Shown here: positions 1 to 27,365 of the stretch, one piece after another
Position numbering within the stretch: the stretch's first letter is position 1
Layout of the letters: the number at the start of each line of letters is the position of its first letter
Source: Lingula anatina
Lineage: Eukaryota; Animalia; Brachiopoda
Direction of reading: 5' to 3'
Assembly (NCBI GenBank): GCA_051362555.1
Contig: CM120640.1
Coordinates: 53,360,788-53,424,787, forward strand
DNA: 64,000 nucleotides
Translations under genes and position numbers: made by a program
The notes under the pieces: model-generated
The model's input: the letters and a program-made list of their open reading frames with translations, nothing else
The model's database searches: none
Told to the model about the DNA's origin: nothing

Positions 1-1710
1 CGTTTCCGTCACACGTACTAAATGTCAGTTGTAACTATTCTCAAAAACTTTTTTTTTCAAAACAAAGACTGCTTCTATCGTATTCAATCGGCACCTTTTT
101 GACAATGCCTCGGTGGCACGGAACAACGTCCAATTATTCCTGGGTGTGAGCCACAGCAGTTTTGCCCTTTTGTCATAAAAGATACGGCCTTGTATGTGGT
201 TGGATTCATTCCCACATCGTAGTTCCCCATGAAGTTTACAGGGTTATAGTAGAGATATTAAGATATAATATGGAGTTCAATTCTTTGAGGTGGTTAGTTT
301 TTCCGTCTGGATTTAGTTTTATCAAATTGAAATTTCCGTATGAAACAATCTTTTGAGGCTATCTATTAGCCATTCGGTCATTTAATAAGGCTTTGTGCGA
401 TATACCACAAAGTAAATAATCGTCGTGAAACCTCCCAGCAAGTAATTGTACTACCAGTTGTAAATGTGTTTCTTCTTTGGCAGTTTACCACTAGACGACA
501 CAGTACAATGAAAAATATGTATGTCGTTTATGCAACTCTGTTTCCAATCTCAAAATGAATAACTTGATATCTGAATAAAGACGTAACCAATGTTTTGGTA
601 ATTTATTTGATCAAAATAATGAAAACCGCTCACTGTCTTATATGTGCGTGAGTTAGGATGAATTAAATAAAGAAACGGATAAAGAAAACACATTAATTTG
701 TAAATAGACTAATAAATAATCAAATAGGCAGACGACTTTGTGAACTTTGAAATAAAATATTTTGCTCTCGTCTGAGACATTATGACAACAGTGCATCAGT
801 CGTTCAAGTGATAATGTTAATGATAATTAATTGCCATAGACCGATAGTAGATTTATCATATCGGATCATGTCTTCTCCAATTGTTTCAAATGAATATGAT
901 TTCCTGTGCTCTAACTTTCTAATGTTATTATCGAGATTTAAAGAAATTTGTCTGAAGGTTATTCCAGATACAAAAGGTTATTAATTCAACAATGAAAGTC
1001 CATTGTAGCTTTTAAGTATCAACAGGTTTTGATTAATTTTAGCTACTGAAGTGGTTTTTCTCGAATGTTAACACCAGGACAGAAAGAATAAAAAAAAACC
1101 CGAAAAAAAGTCCCAGATTGTTTCAGACGCAAAATGACATTTATCCCAGAAAACCTCGGTGCAGTGACCTAAATACATGTAGCCAATCAAGTCGTCTGAG
1201 TTCTTGTGCTGAAACAACCTAGCGTAATCCACCCTCGCGTTGGCTATCTTATCACACGCAGACAGTATATACTCCTAACCACAAAATTACATCGATATTG
1301 TCTGAAACAGCATGTTGTACTTGAACTCGAAATGTCTGTTCTTCTCCAAGGCATGTTTTTACAAACAGAAGGTCAAAGGAAACTGCGAACCGTCTGTTCT
1401 TTTGATCAATTGAAACAAACTTTAGGAGAAGGTTGGCTTGCCTGGGGGTTATTTAAGATGGAAAATATTGAGCTTCGTAAAACCAACAACACAAGCAAAA
1501 TTCTACATCACAAAAACAATTGTGAAACATTAATTTTAAGTCCATCGACATACACCTGAGCAATAGAGCCATACTTCTCTAATAAGTTTTCTGGGGCAGA
1601 GGGTTGGTTTTGTGTTTGTATGAAAGGAAAGGGATATCCTCCCGTTGTTTCCCATCTGTGATCATCACTTTTTTTGCATCTTTAGTCACGTACACAAGGA
1701 AACGTCGTTA

Positions 1711-1711
<1 letters not shown>

Positions 1712-1745
<34 letters not shown>
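1712..1745. repeat. (TG)n microsatellite
   Basis: Direct reading of the dinucleotide run. Confidence 0.95.
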
Positions 1746-1747
<2 letters not shown>

Positions 1748-2106
1748 GCAATATGGCTGCCACATTAATAGTGCCCGCATGACAAAAGGTGGCATTAATA
1801 GAATTGTCAGTTATAAATACATGCAAAGGTTTTTGACATCTTGATGACATCTTTGTTGTATTTTTTACAGCTATTGTCAGATTTTTCACAGCCTAATGAC
1901 AAAAAACATTACTTTCTTAAACACCGAAGACTGTAATATGCCTTATAAGTAATGGTGATTATGCAAACTTGTCTGTATATGTTTGTACCGCAAATGTTTA
2001 TCTAAGTCGACGTTTTTGTTGTACCTTCACTATAAAACAAAGGGGTTTTGTTTTAACTTCGCTCATAGAACTTTAAAATGAGTACAAAATTACTTTTTAT
2101 TTCCAG

Positions 2107-3249
2107 CTAATTTGCCATCCTCTCTCACTTTAAAGGAAATAATGTTTTATAATTCGTCTTTTTTAGATACGACAAACTGTCGTGGAAGTAAACCATCTGC
2201 TTGCTTCCGGTTTAATTTGAAAGCAACGATAGATCCAGACGAAATATCGTCTGCTCACCTGTGGGTGTATAAGAAAGCGTCCCCAAGACATCGCAATGCG
2301 ACGCTGATGCTTTCTGAAACCTTCCAGTCCGGGCATCACCTCGGAGTAAGGTCAAGACGAGTTGCAATGGCTGACATAGGTTCTGGTCACGGTTGGTTTG
2401 AGTTTCATGTTAAACACCTGGCAAAGAACTGGCTTGCCAACCCAAATAACAAGCGTGGAATTAAAATTTCATGCAAAGCATGCAAAGGGGACGGAGGTAT
2501 TTTTGACAGTGTTCCCGTAGAAACCGAGGGCGACCTTCGGCCATTCCTTGTCATAAAAAGTGGACAATCAAAGAATCGTCATCGACAAAAGAGAAATACT
2601 GTTTGTGATGGAAACACTGCAGAGTGCTGCAAACAGACCTTCTACGTCTCTTTCGAGGCCATAGGTTGGACAGACTGGATACTACAACCAAGTGGGTACT
2701 ACGCCAATTACTGCAAAGGTTCATGCGAAGGTGAGTTTTTCCCTAGAAACGATTGTCGGTAATTGCAACTTTTTGAGAAATGAACGTTTTATCTTACGTG
2801 GTTATTCTTCGGGGAACTATTTAAAGATAAAAGAAGAGATATCGGTAATGACTACAGCTTATCGTCGATGTTAAAATATCTTATTCTAAGTACTGTACTT
2901 AAAAATGTGTTCGTTTGATTATTTACTATGTTTGCTAGTAATTCTCGGCCCTTTTTCAACACGTTTCGTTAATCGTTGAACAAGCACTGCATGTAGTTCG
3001 CGGTGATGTGCCCATCAATTGGATCAGTTCTTGGTATTTCCAGGTAGCACACTGCCGAGAAGCCATCACACCACGGTGATACAGACCGCGGCTCTGCTGG
3101 AACGCGATGTGGCAAAACGGGAAGAGCTAACTCCATGCTGCAACCCGAAGAAAATGTCCCACATCTCTTTACTATACTACGATAATGATGGGAGGATGTA
3201 CAAGCAAAACATGCCCGACATGGTGGTAGAGTCTTGCGCATGTTCCTGA
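2107..3249 (+). CDS. INHB: Activin/inhibin beta chain-like TGF-beta family ligand (last two coding exons; 5' exon(s) upstream of the window)
   Basis: Exons 2107-2730 (ttccag|...GAAG|gtgagt) and 3044-3249 (ttccag|GT..TGA) join in phase 1. The propeptide contains ISSAHLWVY and PFLVI, followed by the furin site RHRQKR. The mature domain [75 protein letters not shown] has the 9-Cys activin-type pattern. Confidence 0.9.
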
Positions 3250-3821
3250 TCTTTGTGATGCCATAATGCTTATTCATGTTTTCAACTGATCTCTGTATTT
3301 GTGTGCCAAGTGTAGTGTACTTCATCAGCCTAAACAAGAAGAAAACGTCGCAGGAGGCGCTTTATTCCTTGGAACTGGGATGAAATACTAACTGCCTCAA
3401 CAGTAGGAATTTCCTCATCCCCCTGGCACTCTTTCAAAGAAGATAGTTCACAAGTAGTCACTGAGTACCTCTTTGGACAAAACCTACTTTATGAGTGTAT
3501 GAAATTGAGTGTATGTAACTGAAACAGGGTGATAACGTGAGACGGCTATTCACAGCCAGTTTCAGAGTTCTTGAAAGTAATATCCTTACTTGCTCATCAT
3601 TTAAATCGCAGTTATTGGTATGATGAAAAAATCTAAGATTAGGAGTAAAACAACAGGGTTTCTAAAACCCAGGCTATCTTACTTGAAATTGAAGACTTTC
3701 TGTACAGCAGTTATTCTTTTAGGTCATATAAACCAATATTTATTTGCCATCATACTTTGGTCTTTATAAACTGCAGTCTAAGAGCCACCTACGTGTCCCA
3801 TTTGTAAGAGAACACATGCAG

Positions 3822-3836
3822 ACACACACGCACGCA

Positions 3837-3868
<32 letters not shown>
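3822..3868. repeat. (CA)n microsatellite, imperfect
   Basis: Direct reading; lies in the probable activin 3' UTR. Confidence 0.9.
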
Positions 3869-3870
<2 letters not shown>

Positions 3871-4034
3871 CTTCGTTATCTGTTTTTGTTTTGACGTAAT
3901 CCTGAATCGAGCCTCTTACTTTTCCCGGTGAGTTTTCGTAACGTAGCGGCTCCTTAAACTGCAGCACTTAAAGACGTGTACTTAAAGAATTTTAGATCTC
4001 ATCATCTTTTTTCATTCATGTCGTTAGTAGCATT

Positions 4035-6821
4035 TATTGTACCACCAGCGTTAGCGCTGGCGGTACACATGGTTTTAGTCCCGTCCGGTCCGTTCCGCCG
4101 GCTCCTGCGGCTCCGCCGGCTCCGCCGGCTCCGCCGCCATGTTACCGTTACCGCTTCTCCTCCTAGACGGTATGGGCCCCTTTACCCATCTCTTGGATTT
4201 AGGTCACCTATAATCTCAACTCGTTCCACGTAAAATTTGGGCTTTGTCGGTATTGGGGTCTAGGTGTGGCACTCATTGCAATGCACCCTTGTCCAAAAAT
4301 GGCAAAATTAAATGCTAATTATCTACCCTACGGAAGGAATTATGGGAAAAATTTCTACAGACGGCTTTCCAAAAGTCATATGTGTAGATTTCAAATATGC
4401 CCTTGGATTTGACCTTTGACCTTTATTTCAAGGTCAAACGGGCAAAAATTTTCAAAAAAATGAATTTTTTTTCGAAAAAAAATTTATTTGCGCTGTTATT
4501 CAGACACCACACAGACTTAACCAATAATATTATTGGAAAATGTTACCCTTCAGGTCATCTTTCATTTGTGTGAATTTGGGGTCAATCGGTGCATTTTCAC
4601 GGGTGTAGCGGCCATAAGATACCGAAACTGAAAACTGTCTCTAATTTGGGAACCGTTAATGCTAGAGACCCATTCTTTTTTGCATTTTGTAGAGCATGTA
4701 AAGCCCAACACTGGAGGTGGTCTCCGTTTTTTTGTATTCCATACGGTTTTCGAGTTATGCTGTATCAAAAAGTACATATTGGTGGTGAAAGCAAAATGTG
4801 CAGTACGGTAATGGATAATAAATTTTGAACTCCGGAAAAATAAAACATAAGGCTTGGCAAAGCAGACAACTTGTGGTCAAAAATGACATTATTTCATCAA
4901 ATTTGAACTTCTGGAACTTCTGAGCACCTCCCATTTCAAGAATTTTGACCAAAATGACCTTTTCTTTATTTTAATTAATTTTTTCTGTAGGAAATTTATG
5001 GCACATTAAGGTAACTCCGAAATTATAACATTTAGTCCCTTATATCTCCAAAACTGGCAGAGATAGGTCCATAGTTACTATTGAAGTTGAATAGGAAGTC
5101 ATGTACTGGCAATCTTACTGTGACCTTGAAATTGACCTTTGACCTACTTTTCACCATGAACTGAACTTTAGAAATTTTGCTTCCCTTTTATCTCCAAAAC
5201 TAGCAGAGATAGGTCCATAGTTACTATTGAAGTTGAATAGGAAGTCATATACTGGCAATCTAAATGTGACCTTTAAATTGACCTTTGACCTACTTTTCAC
5301 CATGAACTGAACTCTGCTAATTTCTTTCTCTTTTAACTCCAAACCTGGCAGAGATAGGTCCATAGGTACTATTGAAGTTGAATAGGAAGTCATATACTGG
5401 CAATCTAAATGTGACCTTGAAATTGACCTTTGACCTACTTTTTATCATGAATTGAACTTTGCAAATTTTGGTTCCCTTTTATCTCCAAAACTGGCAGAGA
5501 TAGGTCTATAGTTACTATTGAAGTTGAATAGGAAGTCATATACTGGCAATCTTACTGTGACCTTGAAATTGAGCTTTGACCTACTTTTCACCATGAACTG
5601 AACTTTGCAAATTTTGCCTCCCTTTTATCTCCAAAACTGGCAGAGATAGGTCCATAGTTTCTATTGAACTTGAATATGAAGTCATATACTGGCAATCTAA
5701 ATGTGACCTTGAAATTGACCTTTGACCTACTTTTCACCATGAACTGAACTTTGGAAATTTTGCTTCCCTTTTATCTCCAAAACTAGCAGAGATAGGTCCA
5801 TAGTTACTATTGAAGTTGAATAGGAAGTCATATACTGGCAATCTAAATGTGACCTTTAAATTGACCTTTGACCTACTTTTCACCATGAACTGAACTCTGC
5901 TAATTTCTTTCTCTTTTAACTCCAAACCTGGCAGAGATAGGTCCATAGTTACTATTGAAGTTGAATAGGAAGTCATATACTGGCAATCTAAATGTGACCT
6001 TGAAATTGACCTTTGACCTACTTTTTATCATGAATTGAACTTTGCAAATTTTGGTTCCCTTTTATCTCCAAAACTGGCAGAGATAGGTCCATAGTTACTA
6101 TTGAACTTGAATAGGAAGTCATATATTGGCAATCTAAGTGTGACCTTGAAATTGACCTTTGACCTACTTATAATCATGAACTGAACTCTGCTAATTTCTT
6201 TCTCTTTTAACTCCAAACCTGGCAGAGATAGGTCCATAGTTACTATTGAAGTTGAATAGGAAGTCATATACTGGCAATCTAAATGTGACCTTAAAATTGA
6301 CCTTTGACCTACTTTTTATCATGAATTGAACTTTGCAAATTTTGGTTCCCTTTTATCTCCAAAACTGGCAGAGATAGGTCCATAGTTACTATTGAACTTG
6401 AATAGGAAGTCATATATTGGCAATCTAAGTGTGACCTTGAAATTGACCTTTGACCTACTTATAATCATGAACTTAACTCTGCTAATTTCTTTCTCTTTTA
6501 ACTCCAAACCTGGCAGAGATAGGTCCATAGTTACTATTGAAGTTGAATAGGAAGTCATATACTGGAAATTTACTGTGACCTTGAAATTGACCTTTGACCT
6601 ACCTTACAATGAACTTAACTTTGATTGTACCATTTTAAGTTATATATATATATTTTTTTGCGTATTTTGAAAATTCTTGTTGATTGCATTTTTACAATTT
6701 GTCAAGCATAAGACTAGTGGCTGTGTCCCTTATTTTGCGTATGTGGGGGTCTATACGAATGCGCTTGCTCCAGCTGGTGGTACAATATTCGGAGGCGGTA
6801 TCGCCTCTCTGATCCTCTAGT
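4035..6821 (+). mobile_element. Non-autonomous Helentron-associated element (HINE/DINE-1-like), copy 1
   Basis: The 5' subterminal IR ATTGTACCACCAG forms a hairpin with GCTGGCGGTAC, followed by a (CCGGCTCCG)n microsatellite and a central 146-bp tandem array. The 3' end has the complementary CTGGTGGTACAAT, a hairpin GAGGCGgtatCGCCTC and CTAG into a T-run. There is no TSD, and a near-identical copy lies at 41621-45479. Confidence 0.85.
5040..6625 (+). repeat. 146-bp tandem repeat array (11 units) inside HINE copy 1
   Basis: The marker GATAGGTC recurs at about 5062, 5208, 5353, 5499, 5645, 5791, 5936, 6082, 6227, 6373 and 6518. Duplicated variant blocks occur at 583-bp and 291-bp offsets. Confidence 0.95.
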
Positions 6822-9800
6822 TTCATCAAGTCTTTCATTTTTACGTTAAGTTAGCTTATTTTTAACGGTTTGTATTACGTTTCAATTGTTATATAGCCGG
6901 TTAATGTCGTATCTCCTAGCGTGTCATTATCTATTCTGGTAATGAAGATGTAGGGTGATTAAAAATGGTCCTGGAGTATGTAAAGAGGAAAATAATCAAG
7001 ATTAAGCGTATTACAGGATGTCTTATTTTAGCCAGTGACCTTGTATTTCACGAGCATGCCAAAATGAAACATCACCCATTATTTTACAGACATGATTTGT
7101 AAAAGACGTATTATTTCAAAGATCTCAGCTTGTCGTCATTCTTTCTTAGAACAGATGCATCAGCGTCTCAGTTCAGAGTCAAAGCGCAATGTGAGTTTGG
7201 TTTCAAGGAATGTACATGCCTTCCAATCACTGTAGTTTATATTTAACTCTTTTTGAATAACTGATCTCTGTCCTCTCCCATACCATTTGCATTTAAGATT
7301 TAACACTCTGGATTGTGTTTATTTTAAAAACAAATATTGATTTTAGTGTTTGCAGCAACATAGTTGTTTGCGAAAGAGAAAACGTGGTAGAAAACGTGGA
7401 ACAGGCATTTATTTTTGCCCAAAAGTCTTTCCTGTAAGATCCTCGACAGGACACTTTCCAACGACAGGTCAACGCACGACCCGATTTAATGGTACACGAC
7501 CATCACATTTCGACTCTGACGTCATGGGATCACTTAACGTGATATGCAAGTATCCCGATGTATAGTTTTATTGTTCAGATAATTTGTGTTCCCCTGTATC
7601 CAAGGGACTTTGCTCCATTCTGATTTTCATCGGCATATGCTGTTTGCTGATAGAAATCGATGCAGACACATTAGAACCAATGGATTTGAGATGGGCAATT
7701 TTTCTCTGGATGACTCTACATATTAAGACACATGTCTGCTCATTGTAAATGATGTAGGCGAACAGACGACGCTTTGAACAAACCACTTAGTGTTAAAAGG
7801 CTCTTTATGTTACCCCTAGATCCTCTCCCAAGCGGTGCAGAGTGTAACAGTTATTATTCCCCCCTTTACTTCAGCATCATCCCGCTTTTGGTCATACTTT
7901 TCATATTCTTTAGAACTGAAAAGATCAACTATGCCAAATGTGATTTCCTTATGACTTTACTCATATCAGTATATTGATAAGATTATCACAGCCAATGTGG
8001 TTTCTACATGGTGTATTCATGTCGAGTGCGCTCCAACGGACGTTAAACAATACTAGACCGCTACTTCACAAATACAAGAACGTAAGACAGTAAAAAAATA
8101 GCTGGATCTCCGTTTTGCACGGTGCTTTATTAGGTCCCGGGTGCTAGTAATATGGAAATATTTATGTAATGTAAAGAATAACATTTAGATTGTGATACAA
8201 AGACCAAGTGACAGTAATCTTTGACTTACGGTGCACGAAGGGATGTTTTGATATTTGCTATGTAACAATGTTGAACAATTCAACGGATAATAGGTTTCAA
8301 ATTAGTGTCCTACACTATAATAAGTTATCGTCTAGTTACGTCTATAAGATATATCCGAGTGTAAGCTGTATCTATAGTCAACTATGAGGTTGTTCTGAAT
8401 CTCATATAACAGCACAGCCGTTAACTATTTAATGAAAGCGCTACGAGAAGTTCAGCAAAGCATTGGACTTTTCAAAGTGATGAGTAGATTGTTCAATGGA
8501 CTAGTGTATTCAATGTGTTCATTTATTGGTCATCTTTGTGCCGATGTCGGCTATAATCACTGCCAACAACAAAGTTATTTGAGGAAATGTTGCATTCCAT
8601 GCGTTATGTATAATTGTAAATAAATTCAAGTGTAACTAATTAAAAATGTAAAACAGATACAAATTGCTTTGTTATTTGATTTGAAATTACTTAAAGATTG
8701 TGATTTAAATGCATTACGCGGCTGTATATCAACAGAAAAGACTACTTCATATCTCCAATAATTGCAAGGAATAAAAGTTCTGGCTTACTCGTAACAAGGG
8801 AAAAATCCAGGGGCCGTCTTCAACAGATGCGGGAAATGTTGGGGGTTAAGCTCTTGAGAATATACTTAATTTTCACCTTTAAATAAACTGATCCAAAAAT
8901 TGACTTGTGTTGTAGATATTTTAATAAACGTTTGGTCAACAGACCCCAACCGCAGATGTCCAGTCTCAAAAGGTCCCTGGATTTACCATTGTGACCTTCT
9001 GTCCAGTGATGCTTAAAATTAACTCTTTATTAGATTAAATAACTAGGAAACGGTGGCATCTTTAAACGACACACTTGGGAGTTAGATCAAAGAGTTAAGA
9101 GTTGGTCGTTCCTCTTGATACTTTAAAGCAATGCTACACAAAAGAAGGCCCGAACCTATGTCAAATGTCACCAGGGTATCAGTTAACGTAAATCTTGTCT
9201 TGCTCTATAATTCTAAAACAAAATGAAATTTCTGGAGTGAGGGGCGGAGCTGGGACCCTGGATAATCTGGCAAACAGCTCCCCCATTAAAAGCAAAATCA
9301 AAAGGCACTTTTAATTATAAAATTGTTATGATAATAATATATTAGAAAGTGGTTTGGAACATAACAGACGTGTGTGAGTATGGACGGGGGTGGGGAGTTA
9401 GGCAGGAGATCATAAAGTCACCTCATTTGCCGACAAAGAGCTTTCTGAAAATTGCTATGTCAAAATCAAGAACGGTATTTTAAATAAATACCACAGAAAA
9501 AAATGTTAAAAGGCCCTTAGTTGGATTTCGAGAAAAATAATAGAAAGACGGATTTTCCTGAAGAAGGGCAGTTTTCTAGAGTTAACTGGTTCCCTCTTAT
9601 CCAGTCAACTACTGCATTTGCCTTTTTACGTGACTTAAAGACATATAGACGATTTAGTTTGTTATGTTAAAACCTCTTCAAATGCTTCAAATAAGGAAAG
9701 ATAGTAATTAATCTCTATCAGAACTATGTAACTTAAGTAACGGACAGTGGAAAACGTTTGCATTTACTCTGTGTTAAAAATAAAGTGATTGAAGTTGATA

Positions 9801-12800
9801 GTTTAAAGGGTTTGGTATCAAAAGCGCGATCAAAATCCGTTTTTCTTTAAGTATTTAGCACCAGTATTCCGTACCCACCTTTTCTTTTTTACCAAGTCAA
9901 CTACATTTAATCCGGTCATTTTCCTTTCTCGCGCAAATACCTGAATACGATTTTTGAGAAGATATTGTGTTTTCATAATGTCAACAGGATGTAACAGGTA
10001 ATTGAGATATACATATTAAATACCTTTAAAAGAAATAGAAAAAAAGGACGCAAGAGACTAAAAATGTCATAAAATATCAACAAAGGCTTTTTAAGTAATG
10101 GAAAAATGAAGTGCGATGCAGCATGAAACTTGTTTGCTTTTCAAAATGTACTTTAAATCATTTCTTAATTTAAAGAAATTTGATAATAGTCTATTTTATG
10201 TCGAACGAAAAGGAGAAACATAAAAAAAGGAAAAATCATTGAAATCAAACAGTGCAAGTTTGACTGGGAAATTATGTAAATTAGAATCACTTTGTGCACT
10301 TGCGCTATTCTAATGTGACCTTCTTTCTCTTACTGCGAATGTCAGGGGCCTTGGAAATAAACTTGACACTTTGAATAAGCACGTGCTGTTCAACGTGCGA
10401 AATCGACATTGGAATTGACAGATGTAACCAGCCGGGCCTTCTGTATACGGTGTATGTGGTATTTAGTCAGTCTGCGCAAAAATACCTGGAGCGTCTGCGT
10501 TTTTTTCGCGCCAAGCGGTCTGCCACTTGAACCCCGTGTCAAATAGTGGTTTCCAACTTTTCAAGTCTTCTTCTTGTTACTTTTAAACGTAGCAGTTGCA
10601 GACTACAACTAATTTTTGGAGGGTGGGGGATGATTGTAATTTGTCAAAAATGATTTTTTGGGGAGTAAAACACTATTCTTTCAACTTAAGCAACTCACCC
10701 TTCTAATTCACAATACCACGCGACAATAGGGAACTGCGTCTGTAAATATTACTTAATAAACCAGGTCAAACGCACAAAGGTGCGCGACGCAAACCCCTGG
10801 ATTGTTTTTTGTATCACTTTAATGTGTTCTGCCGAGGATAAAAAGGAGCAGCCTTCGAGTATGCAAAATATGACATAGAAACTAACTGGATTAAAATCAC
10901 CTTCAAGCTATTATTATTTAAGTTAGGGAATATAAAAAGGCCGGTGTGTACAGCAGGTAAGAACATATATGTATGCCTGTTACGACTAGGTACCCAGGGC
11001 ATCAATTCCTGGGCTTGAAATCGAGTGGCCACTTTCATATAATACATCCCTTTAAGAACAACATTATAAGTCATCGAAGCAGTGGTCAGGCCGACTTCAG
11101 CTGGTCTCCGGGCAGTGGATCGTCGGAAGGGTGGACAATGACCGTTACTTTTTCCTGAGGCAAGTCATAAAGTCGGCAATCAGAGATGTTGACAATCATA
11201 ACAACAAAATAACAACAACGCTTTGCAGGTAAATAAAGTCAATCAAAAGATTTATTATATATACCATTCGGTATAGTTAGAAGGTATGAAGTCATGGGCC
11301 TGCCATGACGTAAATGATATTTACTCAGTCCACGTGTGCCCAAATTGTAAGCTAACCGCAAAACTATTTATTCTGTCCACTTTCTATGCAGGTCATATTT
11401 ATCATTGCAAGAAAGTCACTTAGTCAATTGCTGATGATCTTTGACTAAGTCAACAGGACTGATCCCCGTAACACCTGGGATATGCTGTAACAAAACCGGT
11501 CAATCATTAAAGTAACCAAAGAATTTGACCGCTTTCAAACATTGCTCAAAATGCCATCATCAGATAGAGAATATACCTCCGTAATTAAGTATCTCGGTGT
11601 TTATTCAGTTAGGAAAAACAAATATTTACCGTACAGTCCTAAACGGCAGATAAATACCTTTCTGATGTGAACAAGCATTAGCACAAAATTAAAGTATACA
11701 GTTGCAAAAAGGACAATCTTAACTTTTCTAAATTTATCCTGCCACTCCTCATAAGAACAATTTCACAACGATAACATGTTGGCGGGAAAAGTTGTCAAAT
11801 GACAATAGCCCAAATAAAAATCAAAATAAAATTGCGACATTCGTGTCCTGAAAAACTCTCATCTCTAACAGTGTGCTGAAATTGAGCTAGTACTTCCAGC
11901 ACCTAAAACAACGATGCTCCTCACCCGAATGGATATGTGATTAATACCTCCTTCAAAATGTTCATGTTAGCAACATAAAAACAAAATGCACTGGCACTTT
12001 CTTTAGTTTATGGTTGGTCGATTGTACTTTTGGACGGATTTCCAACGTGGAATAATTAATGAATAAAGCTTCTTTGTTTTAAATCGCCACAAGTAAATCT
12101 GAATCATTCTCGAACCATTTTGATGCGTAATACAATCTTTTTTTTTTTTTTTTTTTTTTGGTTAACGACTCACAGTGAGAGATCAATAGCAAGGTGATAT
12201 GCAGTCACCCATCAAATGTACTCATCCAATCTCCAAAACCAACATTTTACTCACATATTCCCCATAGTACTTTCCTACACGCAAACCCAATTTCCAGAAG
12301 CCGATATTTAACTCAAACCTCCACTAGCATTGTTCGATAATTGACATACCCTTCTCGACAATACTTAAAAAGTGACAAACCTCACAAGCTAATGTGTCAT
12401 CAACATCGTTTCCAATGTGTGTAAATTATTAAAAAACTGTCGATCATCTTTGCAATGTCTGTCTGGGGGTTATTTTTATCGTGTGACACTGGCAGTTACC
12501 GGTTGATTTTTCGATATGGTCCCATTTGAAAATTACCAACTCTAAAATGCACCTTCAAAGGCCCAGACAAGACGAAATCCGAATCTTCACAGTAGCCCTA
12601 ATATTAACAGGTCGTTCACATATTAGGAAGAAGAGAATGAGAACGGTAACCTATTTGCCTAGTTTGCCTGTCTTGTCGGTTTATTTTCCGTAGAAGGTAT
12701 TCTCCATCCCACCTACCCCACTCGTATTGCAATGCTACCACTACGGAGAACTCCCATGAACTTACTTTCCCTGACCTTATCTTTCAATAATTAACTGTAA

Positions 12801-13363
12801 TTTTTATTCAATCTCACACACTTTCACTCGGATTCACTATTAACTTTACGGGGGTCCAGACAGTACTGAATATTGGCCCCACAGCAGCTAGGTAGCCGTT
12901 TTGGGGGAGGTAAAACATACAGACATTCTCAATAGCACTAATAGAGTTCGCAGATAAATGCAGTGAAAGGAACATAACGACCTCTTTGGAGAGTCGCTGG
13001 CTTATGAACAAATAGCCTTTTCTTGAAAATGTGTCTCTCTAATGAGAATTCTTTCAAATGGAAGAACTACATTGTATGTAATATCTTTGGACAATGTGGT
13101 TGATTTAAGTTTTTTTCAGAACAGTCTGCCATACTTAGATAACAAATTGTCAGTTTACAGTATGGAATACAGAGATACTATAGGGACTGAGGTGCTGTGT
13201 TTGTATTGTAAGCATCCCTCACACTTTTTCACTAAAACAATAATGAATGTCCAATTATTTATATGACAATATTGTAATATCTATGATAAATCATTATACT
13301 CACTACTTAATATAACAACAGAAACTGCTGAATTTAATTTTTAAAAAATGAATAGACAAAAAT

Positions 13364-13710
13364 AACTACAAAAGCACTGAGAAAGTGCAAACCTCTATCG
13401 AGGCAGCTCAATTCTCATGATTATAAATCCTTTAATTAGTGAATCCCAATCAGCAGAATTCTGAACTATCCTGAAAATCTATCAAAATCCATCTATAACT
13501 TTTTGGGTTGGCTGTTCAGGGTATCCTATCCAGGATTATCCTGCCAAATCAAATTTTCTTTAAAAAACGAGCAATTTCTCCTTCTCTTGAATCATTGATT
13601 CAGAAAGAAAAGTAGCTATGCAGACTTAGAAAATGTGACCTTGGGACAAACATGCAAAGAATACCTTTAACAAACAAAGGCAAAAACAAAACCTCCTAGG
13701 TGGAGGTAAT
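13364..13710 (-). mobile_element. Short, degenerate HINE/Helentron-like element (second family)
   Basis: The minus strand starts ATTACCTCCACCTAGGAGGTTTTGTTTT (subTIR palindrome). It ends GCCTCGATAGAGGTTTGCACTTTCTCAGTGCTTTTGTAGTT (subTIR partner, GCACT..AGTGC hairpin, TAGTT), the typical HINE end layout. Confidence 0.6.
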
Positions 13711-13860
13711 ATAATCCAATTAGATAATAAAATCTACCTCACCAAAACCAGACTAAAACCTGTCATTCTCAATTATTAAAATTTAATATAAATCTGGTCA
13801 AAAGGAAAATAATAAAAATTACATCCAAGAGCCATTTCACAATCAACTCATGCAATTTTG

Positions 13861-27365
<13,505 letters not shown>

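Noticed and set aside
5151-6558. Four near-identical 79-80 aa ORFs (MTSYSTSIV...) that look like a tandem peptide gene family
   Set aside because: They are chance read-throughs of the 146-bp repeat on the minus strand, and they are absent from the homologous array at 43700-45290.
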